A stretch of 64,000 nucleotides of DNA from Lachnospiraceae bacterium (GCA_041776485.1 JBHBQE010000021.1:27896-91895), one strand, 5' to 3'. Shown: positions 10,200-19,673, numbered from the stretch's first letter. The notes: a model not told the origin generated them from the sequence alone. Numbers and translations are program-made.

Positions 10200-10222
10200 T
10201 CAGGTTATAGAAAGGGAAGGAT

Positions 10223-11497
10223 ATGAAACAGGACACAAAGTGTATTCATGCAGGTTATGCGCCTAAAAACGGAGAATCACGTTTAACACCTATATTTCAG
10301 AGTACGACATTTAAGTATGACAGCTCTGAATATATGGCAAAGCTTTTTGATTTAGAGGCCAGCGGATACTTTTATTCCCGTCTGTCTAATCCAACCAATG
10401 ATAATGTTGCTGCAAAAATATCGGCGCTTGAGGGCGGAACTGCGGCATTGCTTACTGCAAGCGGTCAGGCAGCTTCATTTTATGCAGTATTTAATGTTGC
10501 CTGTGTCGGCGATCATGTTCTGGTATCCTCTGAAATATACGGAGGTACCTATAATCTTTTTAATGTAACCATGAGAAAAATGGGCATTGAATTTACATTC
10601 ATAAGTCCAGATTGTTCTCGGGAGGAGCTGGATAAGGCTTTTAAACCCAATACAAAGGCGGTTTTTGCAGAAACCATATCTAATCCCTCGCTGGTGGTAT
10701 TGGATATAGAAAAGTTTGCGGAGTCAGCCCATGATCATGGAGTACCTCTCATTGTGGACAATACCTTTGCAACCCCAATTAACTGCCAGCCATTTAAATG
10801 GGGCGCAGATATTGTGGTTCATTCCACCACCAAGTATATGGACGGACATGACGCAACTGTTGGGGGATGTATAGTTGACTCCGGTAATTTTGACTGGAGC
10901 AGGCATGGGGATAAATTCCCGGAATTCACCACTCCTGACGAATCCTATCACGGAATAGTTTATGCTGAGAAATTCGGCAGGGAGGGTGCCTTTATTACTA
11001 AGGTTACCGCTCAGCTTATGAGAGATTTAGGGGCAATCCAGTCGCCAATGAATGCTTATATTCTAAATCTTGGATTGGAAACCCTACATCTTAGAATGAA
11101 AAGACACGTGGAAAATGCCCTTAAGGTTGCGGAATTTCTCTCAAATCATAGCGGAGTATCCTATGTGAAATATCCGGGGCTTAAAGGGGATAAATATTAT
11201 GACCTTGCCAAAAAATATGCTCCCAATGGAACCTGTGGAGTAATTTCCTTTGGCTTAAAGGCAGGCAGAGAGGGTGCCGATGAATTTATGGGAAAATTAA
11301 AAATAGCAATAATTGCCACCCATGTGGCAGACAGCCATACCATTATTTTGCACCCTGCAAATACCACCCATAGACAGCTTTCCGGTGAAGAACTGAAAAA
11401 AGCGGGAGTGCCGGGGGATATGCTAAGGCTTTCTGTGGGGACGGAGGATGCCAGTGATATTATTAAGGATTTGGACAACGCCATACCATTGTCGTAA
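10223..11497 (+). CDS. metY: O-acetylhomoserine sulfhydrylase family PLP enzyme
   Basis: 424 aa. Cys/Met-metabolism PLP fold with STTKYMDGH (PLP lysine), SNPT and TFATP motifs. Confidence 0.88.
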   Translation: MKQDTKCIHAGYAPKNGESRLTPIFQSTTFKYDSSEYMAKLFDLEASGYFYSRLSNPTNDNVAAKISALEGGTAALLTASGQAASFYAVFNVACVGDHVLVSSEIYGGTYNLFNVTMRKMGIEFTFISPDCSREELDKAFKPNTKAVFAETISNPSLVVLDIEKFAESAHDHGVPLIVDNTFATPINCQPFKWGADIVVHSTTKYMDGHDATVGGCIVDSGNFDWSRHGDKFPEFTTPDESYHGIVYAEKFGREGAFITKVTAQLMRDLGAIQSPMNAYILNLGLETLHLRMKRHVENALKVAEFLSNHSGVSYVKYPGLKGDKYYDLAKKYAPNGTCGVISFGLKAGREGADEFMGKLKIAIIATHVADSHTIILHPANTTHRQLSGEELKKAGVPGDMLRLSVGTEDASDIIKDLDNAIPLS

Positions 11498-11753
11498 GCT
11501 AACGAAGGTAGGTTACGACTGCGCAACGCCCGGGACGAAGTCCATCTTTCAACGGCGTTGCCTCCTACATTGTCGTAAGCTAACGAAGTGAGGTTATGAC
11601 TGCGCAATGCCTGGGCGAAGCCCCCTTTCAATGGCATTGCCTCCTACATTGTCGTAAGCTAACGAAGTGAGGTTATGACTGCGCAATGCCTGGGCGAAGC
11701 CCCCTTTCAATGGCATTGCCTCCTACATTGTCGTAAGCTCATGAAGTGAAGGG
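11487..11753. repeat. tandem repeat, unit 79-81 bp, about 3.3 copies, each unit holding two hairpins
   Basis: Unit starts (CATTGTCGTAAGCT...) at 11487, 11568, 11647 and 11726. Copies 2 and 3 are identical (79 bp), copy 1 is diverged (81 bp) and copy 4 is partial. The first unit contains the metY stop codon. The last unit decays into the RBS region of the next gene. Confidence 0.95.
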
Positions 11754-11760
11754 AAAAGCT

Positions 11761-12954
11761 ATGATAAATAATAAATATAAGGATATGTTAAAGGCAAAGT
11801 CTGCCATTAGAGAACTTAGTGAATATGCGGCAGGTCTTGCCAAGGAAATAGGCTATGAAAATGTATTTGATTTTACCCTTGGAAATCCCGGTGTGGAGCC
11901 GCCGGAGGAATTTGCCCGGGCGGTTAATGAGGTATACAATACCATGCCGCCCATGGAAATCCATGGTTATAGTCCCACCAATGGTATTTTAAGTGTAAAA
12001 AAGGCAATTGCCGATTCTCTAAAAAATAGATTTAAATTGGATTATGCACCGGAGCATATTTTTCCCGCCAGCGGTGCGGCTGCGGCAATTTCACATGCTG
12101 TTAGAGCGGTAACAGAGCCGGGGGATAAGGTATTGGGCTTTGCCCCGTTTTTCCCGGAGTATATCCATTATGTAGAGGGAAGCGGAGCAAGGTTTATTCC
12201 CGTACGTCCCGACTTAAACGATTTTATGCCGGATATGGCAGAGTTTAAAGGAGCTATAGACGAAAAAGTATCTGCTGTGCTTATTAATTCTCCCAATAAT
12301 CCCTCCGGGGTAATATACAGTGAAGAAGTATTGAGAGAGCTGTCAGAAATTCTAAGGGAAAAGGCAAGGGAATATAATCGCAGTATTTATCTGATTAGTG
12401 ATGAGCCCTACAGAGAAATTTGTTATTTAGAGAATGGGGCACCCTATCCCTCAAAATACTATGACAACACTATTTCCTGCTATTCCTTTTCTAAGAGTTT
12501 ATCTCTGCCAGGGGAAAGGATAGGATATATTGCAGTTAACCCAAGGGCGGAAGATTCAGACATACTGGTACCTGTATTTGGACAGATAAGTCGTGGTATC
12601 GGGCATAACTGCCCCACCTCTACCATGCAGCTTGCAGTGGCTAAAACTCTGGAATGTACCTCGGACTTGTCTGTATACGAAAAAAACAGAAATATGTTGT
12701 TTACTGAGCTTGTTAAGCTTGGGTTTGAGGTTGTAAAGCCCGATGGAACCTTTTATATTTTTGCCCGGGCATTGGAAAATAATGCACTTAGCTTTTGCAA
12801 AAGGGCGTTAAAATATAATCTTGTGTTGGTGCCGTCAGATTCCTTTGGTGTTCCGGGATATTTTAGGATTGCGTATTGCGTTCCCACGGAAAAGGTGGAA
12901 AGGTCAGTAGCTGCCTTTAGGAAATTTGTAGAGGTGGAATATGGTGGAAATTAG
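11761..12954 (+). CDS. class I/II PLP-dependent aminotransferase (aspartate/alanine aminotransferase-like)
   Basis: GNPGVEPP, NSPNNPSG and SFSKSLSLPGERIGY (PLP lysine). I chose ATG 11761 over the track's GTG 11746 because GAAGGGAAAAG precedes it. Confidence 0.85.
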   Translation: MINNKYKDMLKAKSAIRELSEYAAGLAKEIGYENVFDFTLGNPGVEPPEEFARAVNEVYNTMPPMEIHGYSPTNGILSVKKAIADSLKNRFKLDYAPEHIFPASGAAAAISHAVRAVTEPGDKVLGFAPFFPEYIHYVEGSGARFIPVRPDLNDFMPDMAEFKGAIDEKVSAVLINSPNNPSGVIYSEEVLRELSEILREKAREYNRSIYLISDEPYREICYLENGAPYPSKYYDNTISCYSFSKSLSLPGERIGYIAVNPRAEDSDILVPVFGQISRGIGHNCPTSTMQLAVAKTLECTSDLSVYEKNRNMLFTELVKLGFEVVKPDGTFYIFARALENNALSFCKRALKYNLVLVPSDSFGVPGYFRIAYCVPTEKVERSVAAFRKFVEVEYGGN

Positions 12955-13846
12955 TCTTTGTATGATTGTAAAAAATGAGGAGGAAAATTTATCAGTCTGT
13001 TTAGACTGCCTAAAGGATATATGCGAGGAAATTATTATTGTAGATACCGGATCCACGGATTCTACAAAATCTATTGCAAAAGAATATACAGATAAAATAT
13101 ATGACTTTACATGGATGGGAGATTTTTCAGAGGCAAGGAATTTTGCCTTTTCAAAGGCTACCAAAGAGTATATTTACAGTGCTGATGCGGATGAATTTAT
13201 AGATGAGGAAAATATAGAGAAATTTAAGGCATTAAAAGAGGTGTTAATTCCGGAAGTTGAGATAGTACAGATGATTTATCTGGAAAATGGCATTAGGACA
13301 GTACTTAATTCCAATAGTGAGTTAAGACCCAAGCTGTACAGGAAAACAAGGAATTTTGTCTGGATAGATCCTGTACATGAAAGAGTACGTACTCTTCCGG
13401 TGGTGTATGACAGTGATATTGTAATAGAGCACAGACCGAAAACAGTACATGCCTCCAGAGATTTTAAACTGATTGAAAGGGCATATACCAAGCAGGGTAC
13501 TCTTTCAAAGAATTTGTATGAAATGTATGCCAGAGAGGTATACAGATGGGGTGAGGCAGAGGACTTGGCAAGGGCTGACGATATATTTACCAGGGTTATG
13601 AATAGCGAAGTGATTGAAGAGGAATTATATGCAAAGCTATCCCTTGTATGCGCTAAAAGTGCCAGAGTAAATAAGGATATTCCCTCTTTTATAAAGCATA
13701 CCTCCAAGGTGCTTGGCATTTGTTTTTGTCAGGAAATATGCAGTGAATTGGGAGATTATTTTGCGTCTGTTGGCGATGATAAAGAAGCTGAATTTTGGCG
13801 CTATAACAAGGATAACGAAGCTAAACCCATACTTTCGGTTAAATAA
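12941..13846 (+). CDS. family 2 glycosyltransferase with helical C-terminal extension
   Basis: ISLCMIVKNEE, IIIVDTGSTDST, DFSEARNF and ADADE (DxD-type) motifs. Overlaps the upstream gene by 14 nt. Confidence 0.8.
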   Translation: MVEISLCMIVKNEEENLSVCLDCLKDICEEIIIVDTGSTDSTKSIAKEYTDKIYDFTWMGDFSEARNFAFSKATKEYIYSADADEFIDEENIEKFKALKEVLIPEVEIVQMIYLENGIRTVLNSNSELRPKLYRKTRNFVWIDPVHERVRTLPVVYDSDIVIEHRPKTVHASRDFKLIERAYTKQGTLSKNLYEMYAREVYRWGEAEDLARADDIFTRVMNSEVIEEELYAKLSLVCAKSARVNKDIPSFIKHTSKVLGICFCQEICSELGDYFASVGDDKEAEFWRYNKDNEAKPILSVK

Positions 13847-13924
13847 TTTATAGCAATTGTTTAAAAAAAATGATAGTATTTTTAAATGAAAAATATTGAA
13901 TTTAAAATGGAAAGGGAGGGACTT

Positions 13925-14122
13925 ATGAAAGAAGGAGACATCCTTTCCATAACGGAATATGAATTGAGTAATGCTTATTATTATGTATTAGGCAAATCCT
14001 ATGCCATGTCAGGGAACATTCCCAAAACAGACAGGATAATGGGCAGAAAAGCCAAGGTATTGAAAATAGAGGAAACAGACAGAGGCTTTTATGTGACGGC
14101 ACAAATAAGTGAGGATAGTTAA
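13925..14122 (+). CDS. small hypothetical protein (65 aa from this start; track ORF begins at 13886)
   Basis: GGAGG (13915-13919) lies 5 nt before ATG 13925. The stop TAA overlaps the ATG of the HD-GYP gene (TAATG at 14120-14124). No recognisable motif. Confidence 0.5.
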   Translation: MKEGDILSITEYELSNAYYYVLGKSYAMSGNIPKTDRIMGRKAKVLKIEETDRGFYVTAQISEDS

Positions 14123-15171
14123 TGCGATATATACCGGTAAATCAGCTTAAAGAAAATATGATACTTGGTCAGGAACTGTATAATGCAGAGGGACATGTAT
14201 TTTTAGAAAAACATACGCGCCTTACCGGAGAAAATATTTCATATATTGCTTTTTTGGGTATTCCGGGGATTTATGTGGACGATGAATTTTCCAAGGAGGC
14301 TCAAGTTAAGGAAATAATCGTTCCCGAGGTAAAAAGAACCGCAGTTTCAATTATAAATGATGTATTTTCTAAAACGGAATATGGGGAGCCCGACCCTGAG
14401 GATGAAAGGATTAAGGCAATTGTTGAGGAGATAATCAATAATATCCTTGAAAATAAGGATGTTATGATGAATCTTTTGGAGCTTAAAAACTATAATGACT
14501 ATACCTTTTTCCACTCCACGAATGTTGCCATTATTTCCGGTGTGATAGGTGCTAAGTGCAATATTTCCGATATGGAAATGGAGGCATTGGTAACTGCCGG
14601 ATTTTTGCATGACATAGGAAAGATATTTATTGACCCGAAGATAATTAATGCTCCAAGACAGTTAACGGAGTCTGAGAGAATAATCATGAATGACCATCCA
14701 AGGCTTGGCTATGAGCTTTTGGTAAATCATTTTCATTTTGACGATATTGTTACCAGAGCAGTGTATGAGCACCATGAATGGGTAAATGGAAACGGTTATC
14801 CCAGACGTATATCCAAAGACCGTATTATGTTTATCTCTAAGATATTAAAGGCTGCCGATGTATACGACGCCATGACCAGCAACAGACCCTACCATGCGCC
14901 TTTTTTGCCGTCAGAGGTTATGGAGTACATAATGAGCAGAGCCGGTATGGAGTTTGACCAAGGCGTAGTCAGGGTAATGTCCAAGGAACTATGTATTTTC
15001 CCTGTAGGCTGTGAGGTGGAATTGTCAGATGGATCTCATGGAATTATCGTAGGTAATCATAAAGGCTTTGTTATGCGTCCCACCATTAAGCTTATTCCTT
15101 CCGGAGAAATTATTGATTTATGTGAGGACAGATCAAAATGGAAACTTGTTATTTCAAAACTTTTAATGTGA
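14122..15171 (+). CDS. HD-GYP domain protein (putative c-di-GMP phosphodiesterase)
   Basis: HSTNVA, HDIGK, NDHP and HHEWVNGNGYP motifs. Confidence 0.88.
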   Translation: MRYIPVNQLKENMILGQELYNAEGHVFLEKHTRLTGENISYIAFLGIPGIYVDDEFSKEAQVKEIIVPEVKRTAVSIINDVFSKTEYGEPDPEDERIKAIVEEIINNILENKDVMMNLLELKNYNDYTFFHSTNVAIISGVIGAKCNISDMEMEALVTAGFLHDIGKIFIDPKIINAPRQLTESERIIMNDHPRLGYELLVNHFHFDDIVTRAVYEHHEWVNGNGYPRRISKDRIMFISKILKAADVYDAMTSNRPYHAPFLPSEVMEYIMSRAGMEFDQGVVRVMSKELCIFPVGCEVELSDGSHGIIVGNHKGFVMRPTIKLIPSGEIIDLCEDRSKWKLVISKLLM

Positions 15172-15177
15172 TTAGTT

Positions 15178-15765
15178 ATGAATAGGGAAAATTCCTGTTC
15201 CATGGCGCAACAGTTAGCGACCAGCTTTAAAGCAATCGCAAACAAAAAGTCCATTGAAAAGATAACTATTAAGGAAATTACAGATATGACGAATATCATT
15301 CGTCCTACTTTTTATAGCTATTTTCAGGATAAATATCAGGTTCTTGAGTGGATTGTAGAAAATGAGCTCATGATTCCCTGTAAGGAAAAAATGAAGCAGG
15401 GATTGTTCAAGCAGGGAACTTTGGATTTTCTTGATACTATGCTGATTGATTCAAAATTTTACCAGAACTGTATCAGGCTGGAGGGTCAAAACTCTTTTAA
15501 GGATATATTAAGAGAGGCAATCAGAGGTACCATATTAACGCTGATTGATGAGGAAACTCTTGCCAAACTTATTTGGTTTAGATGGCTTACCACCAAGTCT
15601 ATTGCAGACTTTTTTGCAGAGGCAGTTACTTATGCCATTGTGGAATGGGTGAAAACCGGTATGACGGTACCTAAGGAGGAGATTTGGGAGTGCTTTTTGT
15701 ATCTTACCACCCATTCTATAGAGGATATGATATTGGGTATTTATAATGACCCTAAAGAGGCATAG
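15178..15765 (+). CDS. TetR/AcrR family transcriptional regulator
   Basis: N-terminal HTH ITIKEITDMTNIIRPTFYSYFQDKYQVLEW. Size is about 195 aa. Confidence 0.8.
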   Translation: MNRENSCSMAQQLATSFKAIANKKSIEKITIKEITDMTNIIRPTFYSYFQDKYQVLEWIVENELMIPCKEKMKQGLFKQGTLDFLDTMLIDSKFYQNCIRLEGQNSFKDILREAIRGTILTLIDEETLAKLIWFRWLTTKSIADFFAEAVTYAIVEWVKTGMTVPKEEIWECFLYLTTHSIEDMILGIYNDPKEA

Positions 15766-15766
15766 T

Positions 15767-16396
15767 ATGACAAAAAAAGAACGAGTAGATTATGTGCTTA
15801 ATGAACTGGACAATCTATACGGAAAAGAAGTACAAAAGTATCTATTATATAAAAATCCATGGGAGCTTTTAATTGCGGTTATTTTAAGTGCCCAATGTAC
15901 AGACGCAAGAGTAAACCTTGTAACAAGGGATTTATTTTCCCTATATCCGGATCCTGAGGCTTTAGGGAATGCCGGACAAAAAGATATTGAAAAGGTTATA
16001 CATTCCACGGGATTTTATACCAATAAGGCAAAAAATATTATTGCCACCTCAAAGGTTATTCATGAGGAATATAATGATGAGGTGCCGGGAGACATAGAAA
16101 AACTTATTCGGCTTCCGGGTGTGGGACGAAAGACTGCCAATGTAATACGCGGAAATATTTTTAATGAGCCTAGTATTGTTGTAGATACTCATGTAAAGAG
16201 GATTTCCGGTAAGTTAGGGTTTACGAAAAACAGTGATCCGGAGAAAATAGAATTTGACTTAATGAAGATACTGCCCAAAGAGCATTGGATCAGATACAAC
16301 ACTCAGGTTATTGCCCATGGTAGAGGGGTTTGTATAGCCAACAGACCCAGGTGTAGTGAATGTACACTGTACAGTGCATGTCCCTCTAAGGGATAG
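15767..16396 (+). CDS. nth: endonuclease III
   Basis: HhH-GPD motif LPGVGRKTANV. C-terminal 4Fe-4S ligands C-x6-C-x2-C-x5-C (CIANRPRCSECTLYSAC). ATG 15767 is preceded by AAAGAGG. The track start at 15746 overlaps the TetR gene. Confidence 0.9.
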   Translation: MTKKERVDYVLNELDNLYGKEVQKYLLYKNPWELLIAVILSAQCTDARVNLVTRDLFSLYPDPEALGNAGQKDIEKVIHSTGFYTNKAKNIIATSKVIHEEYNDEVPGDIEKLIRLPGVGRKTANVIRGNIFNEPSIVVDTHVKRISGKLGFTKNSDPEKIEFDLMKILPKEHWIRYNTQVIAHGRGVCIANRPRCSECTLYSACPSKG

Positions 16397-17005
16397 TTAT
16401 TCCAGCAGCTTATCCATATAGTTAATTATTACCGATTCCATCGGGATATTTAGGCTCAGCACATATTCTTTAAGGGTAAGAATTCTGTTTTTTTGATTTA
16501 AAGTGATGAAACAGTCACAAAGCAGGGTGTAATTTTTGCTGATATCCGATTTAATATATGCTCCGTATTCTAAAACTGTAATCGCTTCCGTAATATGTCC
16601 CTTATTTATAAGCGCGTCAGCATAATCAACTAAAATCATGGTAAGCCTGTCAAAATCATCACCAATAGATTTCATAGCCTCAAAATTAGGGGAACCATAG
16701 GTTTCTCTTAGCTCGGTATTGGTTTTTCCCGTGAGATTTAAAAGAGGTTTTTTAGATAAAGCGATAATCTGACTTTCCAAATTTTGAATATTTTCATCAT
16801 TAATATTTCCCATATAAAATTTTTCTATGGGGATATTCAAGTAGGCAATTGTGCCTAAATCCATTGCAGGAACGGTTTTAGCATTCTTTTCCCTTTTAAA
16901 AAATTCATCTATATTTTCTCCAATGCGTTTTTTTGAACTTCCTGTTATAAGGGCAATTATTACTGCTGCCAGCAGGACAAACGGTAAAATGGGAAATAAC
17001 GGCAT
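16397..17005 (-). CDS. hypothetical membrane-anchored protein
   Basis: GGAGG lies 7 nt upstream of the ATG (complement of 17003-17005). N-terminal TM LFPILPFVLLAAVIIALI, then a helical soluble domain. No motif recognised. Confidence 0.6.
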   Translation of the reverse strand: MPLFPILPFVLLAAVIIALITGSSKKRIGENIDEFFKREKNAKTVPAMDLGTIAYLNIPIEKFYMGNINDENIQNLESQIIALSKKPLLNLTGKTNTELRETYGSPNFEAMKSIGDDFDRLTMILVDYADALINKGHITEAITVLEYGAYIKSDISKNYTLLCDCFITLNQKNRILTLKEYVLSLNIPMESVIINYMDKLLE

Positions 17006-17120
17006 AATAATCCTCCAAATATACTTATCATTAAAAGGATACATAAAGCCTTTTTCTTGTCAATAATTCTTTAATGGTATATACTTAATGCCGTTATTTT
17101 CTACAATAAAGGAGCTTTAA

Positions 17121-18656
17121 ATGAAACGAAAAATATATGTGGCTTGTGCTGTATCTGCAGTGATTACAGCGGCTTTTTTGACAATTAATACAGGGACGGT
17201 TTACGCCAAAAATAATGATGATATAAAGGCAAATACTGCACCGGCGGGAGTCAGCATTAATGGACAGGATATATCGGGAATGGTAATTAATGAGGTTTCC
17301 GATATGATAAGCCGGGAAATAGAAAAATATGACAGTACGGTTTTTACCCTTAAAGCGGAAACTGAAACCCTTAAGGCTTCAGGCAAAGACCTCTCAATAG
17401 AGGTTTACAACAAGGATGTGGGCAGTTTTGCAGTGGGTTATGGTAAAAAGGGTAATCTTATAGAGCGTTTTATGGACAACAGCGATATTGCTGCAGGTCG
17501 TAAAAAGGATTTTTCACTGGTGTTTTCTGCAAATGAGGCAAAAGCTGCCGCTTATTTAGAAGCAAAAGCTCCTGAGCTTGCCAGTGCTCCCGTGGATAAC
17601 TCTCTGAAAAGAGAAAACGGAGAATTTATTTTTATTGAGGGAAAGGCAGGCACTGCCGTAGATTTTCAAGCCTCAGCAAAGGCTATTTCAGATTTTATGA
17701 TAAATAGTTGGACAGGAGAACAGGCTGAAATTGACCTTATGGTTATAAAAGAGGAACCCAGAGGAACAAGGGAAGAACTGGGTGCAATAAGGGACTTGCT
17801 GGGCGGTTTCCATACTGACTTTTCCAGCAGCAGCCAGGCAAGAGCGGGAAATGTCAAGAATGGTGCTTCACTGATAAATGGCAGCATTATTTATCCGGGT
17901 GAGGAATATTCAGTATCAAAGCACCTAAAGGAGAGAAATGCGGAAAACGGATATTTTTTGGCACCCTCCTACGAAAATGGAACTACTGTGGATACCTATG
18001 GTGGCGGAATCTGTCAAATATCCACTACATTATACAATGCGGTTATTCGCTCAGAGCTTGAGATATTGGAAAGACACCCCCATTCCATGATTGTATCTTA
18101 TGTAAGTCCTTCTATGGACGCGGCAGTATCGGAGGGCTCAAAGGATCTGGTATTTAAAAATAATTTAAATAATCCCATATATATTGAGGGCTATACCAAT
18201 GGCGGGATGCTATACTTTAATATATTTGGTAAGGACGAAAGATCAGAGGGCAGAGATATAACTTTTGAGAGTGAAGTGCTTGGAACCACAGAAGCAGGAG
18301 AAAAATATATTGCAGACCCGGCACTGCCGATAGGCACAATTTCAAAGCAACAGTCTGCCCATACCGGATATTCAGCCAGATTGTGGAAGATTGTTAAGGA
18401 AAATGGGCAGGAAATCAGCAGAGATATATTTAATAAGAGTAATTATAAGCCCGGAGACGCAATTTATCTTGTGGGAATAGCAGGAGATCCTGGTCATGGT
18501 GCTGCCATTGCCGGTGCCGTAGAGACTCAAGACAGGGGAACTATTGACGCTGCTATTGGTATAGGTGCTCCTGCACCGGAGCCTGCACCCGCACCGACAC
18601 CGGCTCCCGCTCCCGCAGCGGAGTCTGCTCCGGCACCGGAAACACCTGCACCATAA
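17121..18656 (+). CDS. VanW family protein with G5-like domain and Pro/Ala-rich C-terminal tail
   Basis: Signal/anchor KIYVACAVSAVITAAFL. VanW core GGGICQISTTLYNAVIRSELEILERHPHS. Tail is PAPEPAPAPTPAPAPAAESAPAPETPAP. Confidence 0.85.
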   Translation: MKRKIYVACAVSAVITAAFLTINTGTVYAKNNDDIKANTAPAGVSINGQDISGMVINEVSDMISREIEKYDSTVFTLKAETETLKASGKDLSIEVYNKDVGSFAVGYGKKGNLIERFMDNSDIAAGRKKDFSLVFSANEAKAAAYLEAKAPELASAPVDNSLKRENGEFIFIEGKAGTAVDFQASAKAISDFMINSWTGEQAEIDLMVIKEEPRGTREELGAIRDLLGGFHTDFSSSSQARAGNVKNGASLINGSIIYPGEEYSVSKHLKERNAENGYFLAPSYENGTTVDTYGGGICQISTTLYNAVIRSELEILERHPHSMIVSYVSPSMDAAVSEGSKDLVFKNNLNNPIYIEGYTNGGMLYFNIFGKDERSEGRDITFESEVLGTTEAGEKYIADPALPIGTISKQQSAHTGYSARLWKIVKENGQEISRDIFNKSNYKPGDAIYLVGIAGDPGHGAAIAGAVETQDRGTIDAAIGIGAPAPEPAPAPTPAPAPAAESAPAPETPAP

Positions 18657-18660
18657 TAAA

Positions 18661-19176
18661 TTGGACATTGTAGTTGTAGGCTGGATAGGGCTGGAGGGTA
18701 CTTCTGTCATTGCGGAAAATAATCAAAACAGCCTAAGGCAGCATTTTTCTGAATACGTGATAAATAAAGGGATTCGTGCTTACAGCGAATTTGGTTTTTT
18801 TGACAACATAAATTTGGGAAATAGTATGGAACTTGGAAATGGTGGGATTTTTGCAGGCTTATGGAGGCTGTCGAAAGAAATGGATTTGGGCTTTCGTGTG
18901 GAGCTTTCCAGTATTCCTATTAGGCAGGAAACCATAGAATTATGTGAGTATTATGATATCAATCCCTACAGGCTTTATTCAGGGGGGTGCCTTTTAGCTG
19001 CAGGTAATATAGAAAAGATACAAAATTCTGTCAACAGCGGCAATTGTACTGTTATTGGGAACACTCTGGATTGCGCAAAAAAGATTATACACTATGACGA
19101 GAATACCATGTATTTAAATCCTCCTGTACAGGATGAAATGATGTTAAATATAAATAAACTCTGTGGATATATATAA
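18661..19176 (+). CDS. stand-alone AIR-synthase-related C-terminal domain protein; start uncertain, possibly a gene remnant
   Basis: GGIFAGLWRLSKEMDLGFRVELSSIPIRQETIELCEYYDINPYRLYSGGCLL resembles the C-terminal half of clostridial AIR synthase-related proteins. The first 32 codons of the track ORF are just an alternate frame of the VanW PAPAP tail. TTG 18661 is the first plausible start, but it has no clear RBS. Confidence 0.4.
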   Translation: MDIVVVGWIGLEGTSVIAENNQNSLRQHFSEYVINKGIRAYSEFGFFDNINLGNSMELGNGGIFAGLWRLSKEMDLGFRVELSSIPIRQETIELCEYYDINPYRLYSGGCLLAAGNIEKIQNSVNSGNCTVIGNTLDCAKKIIHYDENTMYLNPPVQDEMMLNINKLCGYI

Positions 19177-19187
19177 GGAGAGTGGAT

Positions 19188-19673
19188 ATGGACAGAAAAA
19201 AATTACTTAACCATATAGAGAAGAATGCAAGGGTAGACTTGAGTGAATTTGCTGTTATGCTGGGGGTTGATGAGGCAGATATATTAAATGAACTAATAAG
19301 TATGGAAAAGGAAAATATTATTTGCGGCTACCATACTTTTATCAATTGGGAAAAAATTGGTGTGGAAAAAGTTACTGCCATGATTGAAGTTAGAGTTACA
19401 CCACAAAGGGGAATGGGCTTTGATAAAGTGGCAACCAGAATATATAACTATCCCGAGGTGGACAGTGTTTATCTTATTTCAGGTGGATATGATTTTATGG
19501 TGATATTAGACGGTAAAACCATCAGGGAGATTTCCGAGTTTGTTTCAGACAAATTAAGTCCATTGGAGTCGGTTCTTAGTACAAGAACTAATTTTATCCT
19601 TAAAAAATATAAGGATCATGGTGTGGTAATGCTGGAAAGCAAAAGAGATGAAAGGATATTAATGTCACCGTGA
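19188..19673 (+). CDS. Lrp/AsnC family transcriptional regulator
   Basis: HTH region LLNHIEKNARVDLSEFAVMLGVDEADILNEL plus a C-terminal RAM-like domain. AAGGAG lies 7 nt upstream of ATG 19188. Confidence 0.85.
   Translation: MDRKKLLNHIEKNARVDLSEFAVMLGVDEADILNELISMEKENIICGYHTFINWEKIGVEKVTAMIEVRVTPQRGMGFDKVATRIYNYPEVDSVYLISGGYDFMVILDGKTIREISEFVSDKLSPLESVLSTRTNFILKKYKDHGVVMLESKRDERILMSP

Noticed and set aside
10200-10222. Expected SAM (S-box) riboswitch upstream of metY
   Set aside because: Only 23 nt separate yigZ-like and metY, so there is no room for a riboswitch. metY appears to be co-transcribed with the upstream gene.
11197-11637. 146-aa minus-strand ORF running through the tandem repeat into metY
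   Set aside because: Its N-terminal half is only the repeat read in reverse (the peptide ...SLAYDN... recurs). The rest is antisense to the well-supported metY. The AGGAGG on that strand sits only 2 nt from the ATG.
11487-11753. Possible CRISPR array
   Set aside because: Units abut directly with no unique spacers, the unit length (79-81 bp) is far too long, and no cas genes are present.
18565-18660. Track ORF start MLLHRSLHPHRHRLPLPQRS... for the AIR-synthase-like gene
   Set aside because: These codons are an alternate frame of the GC-rich Pro/Ala tail of the VanW gene. They give His/Arg/Leu low complexity and there is no RBS.
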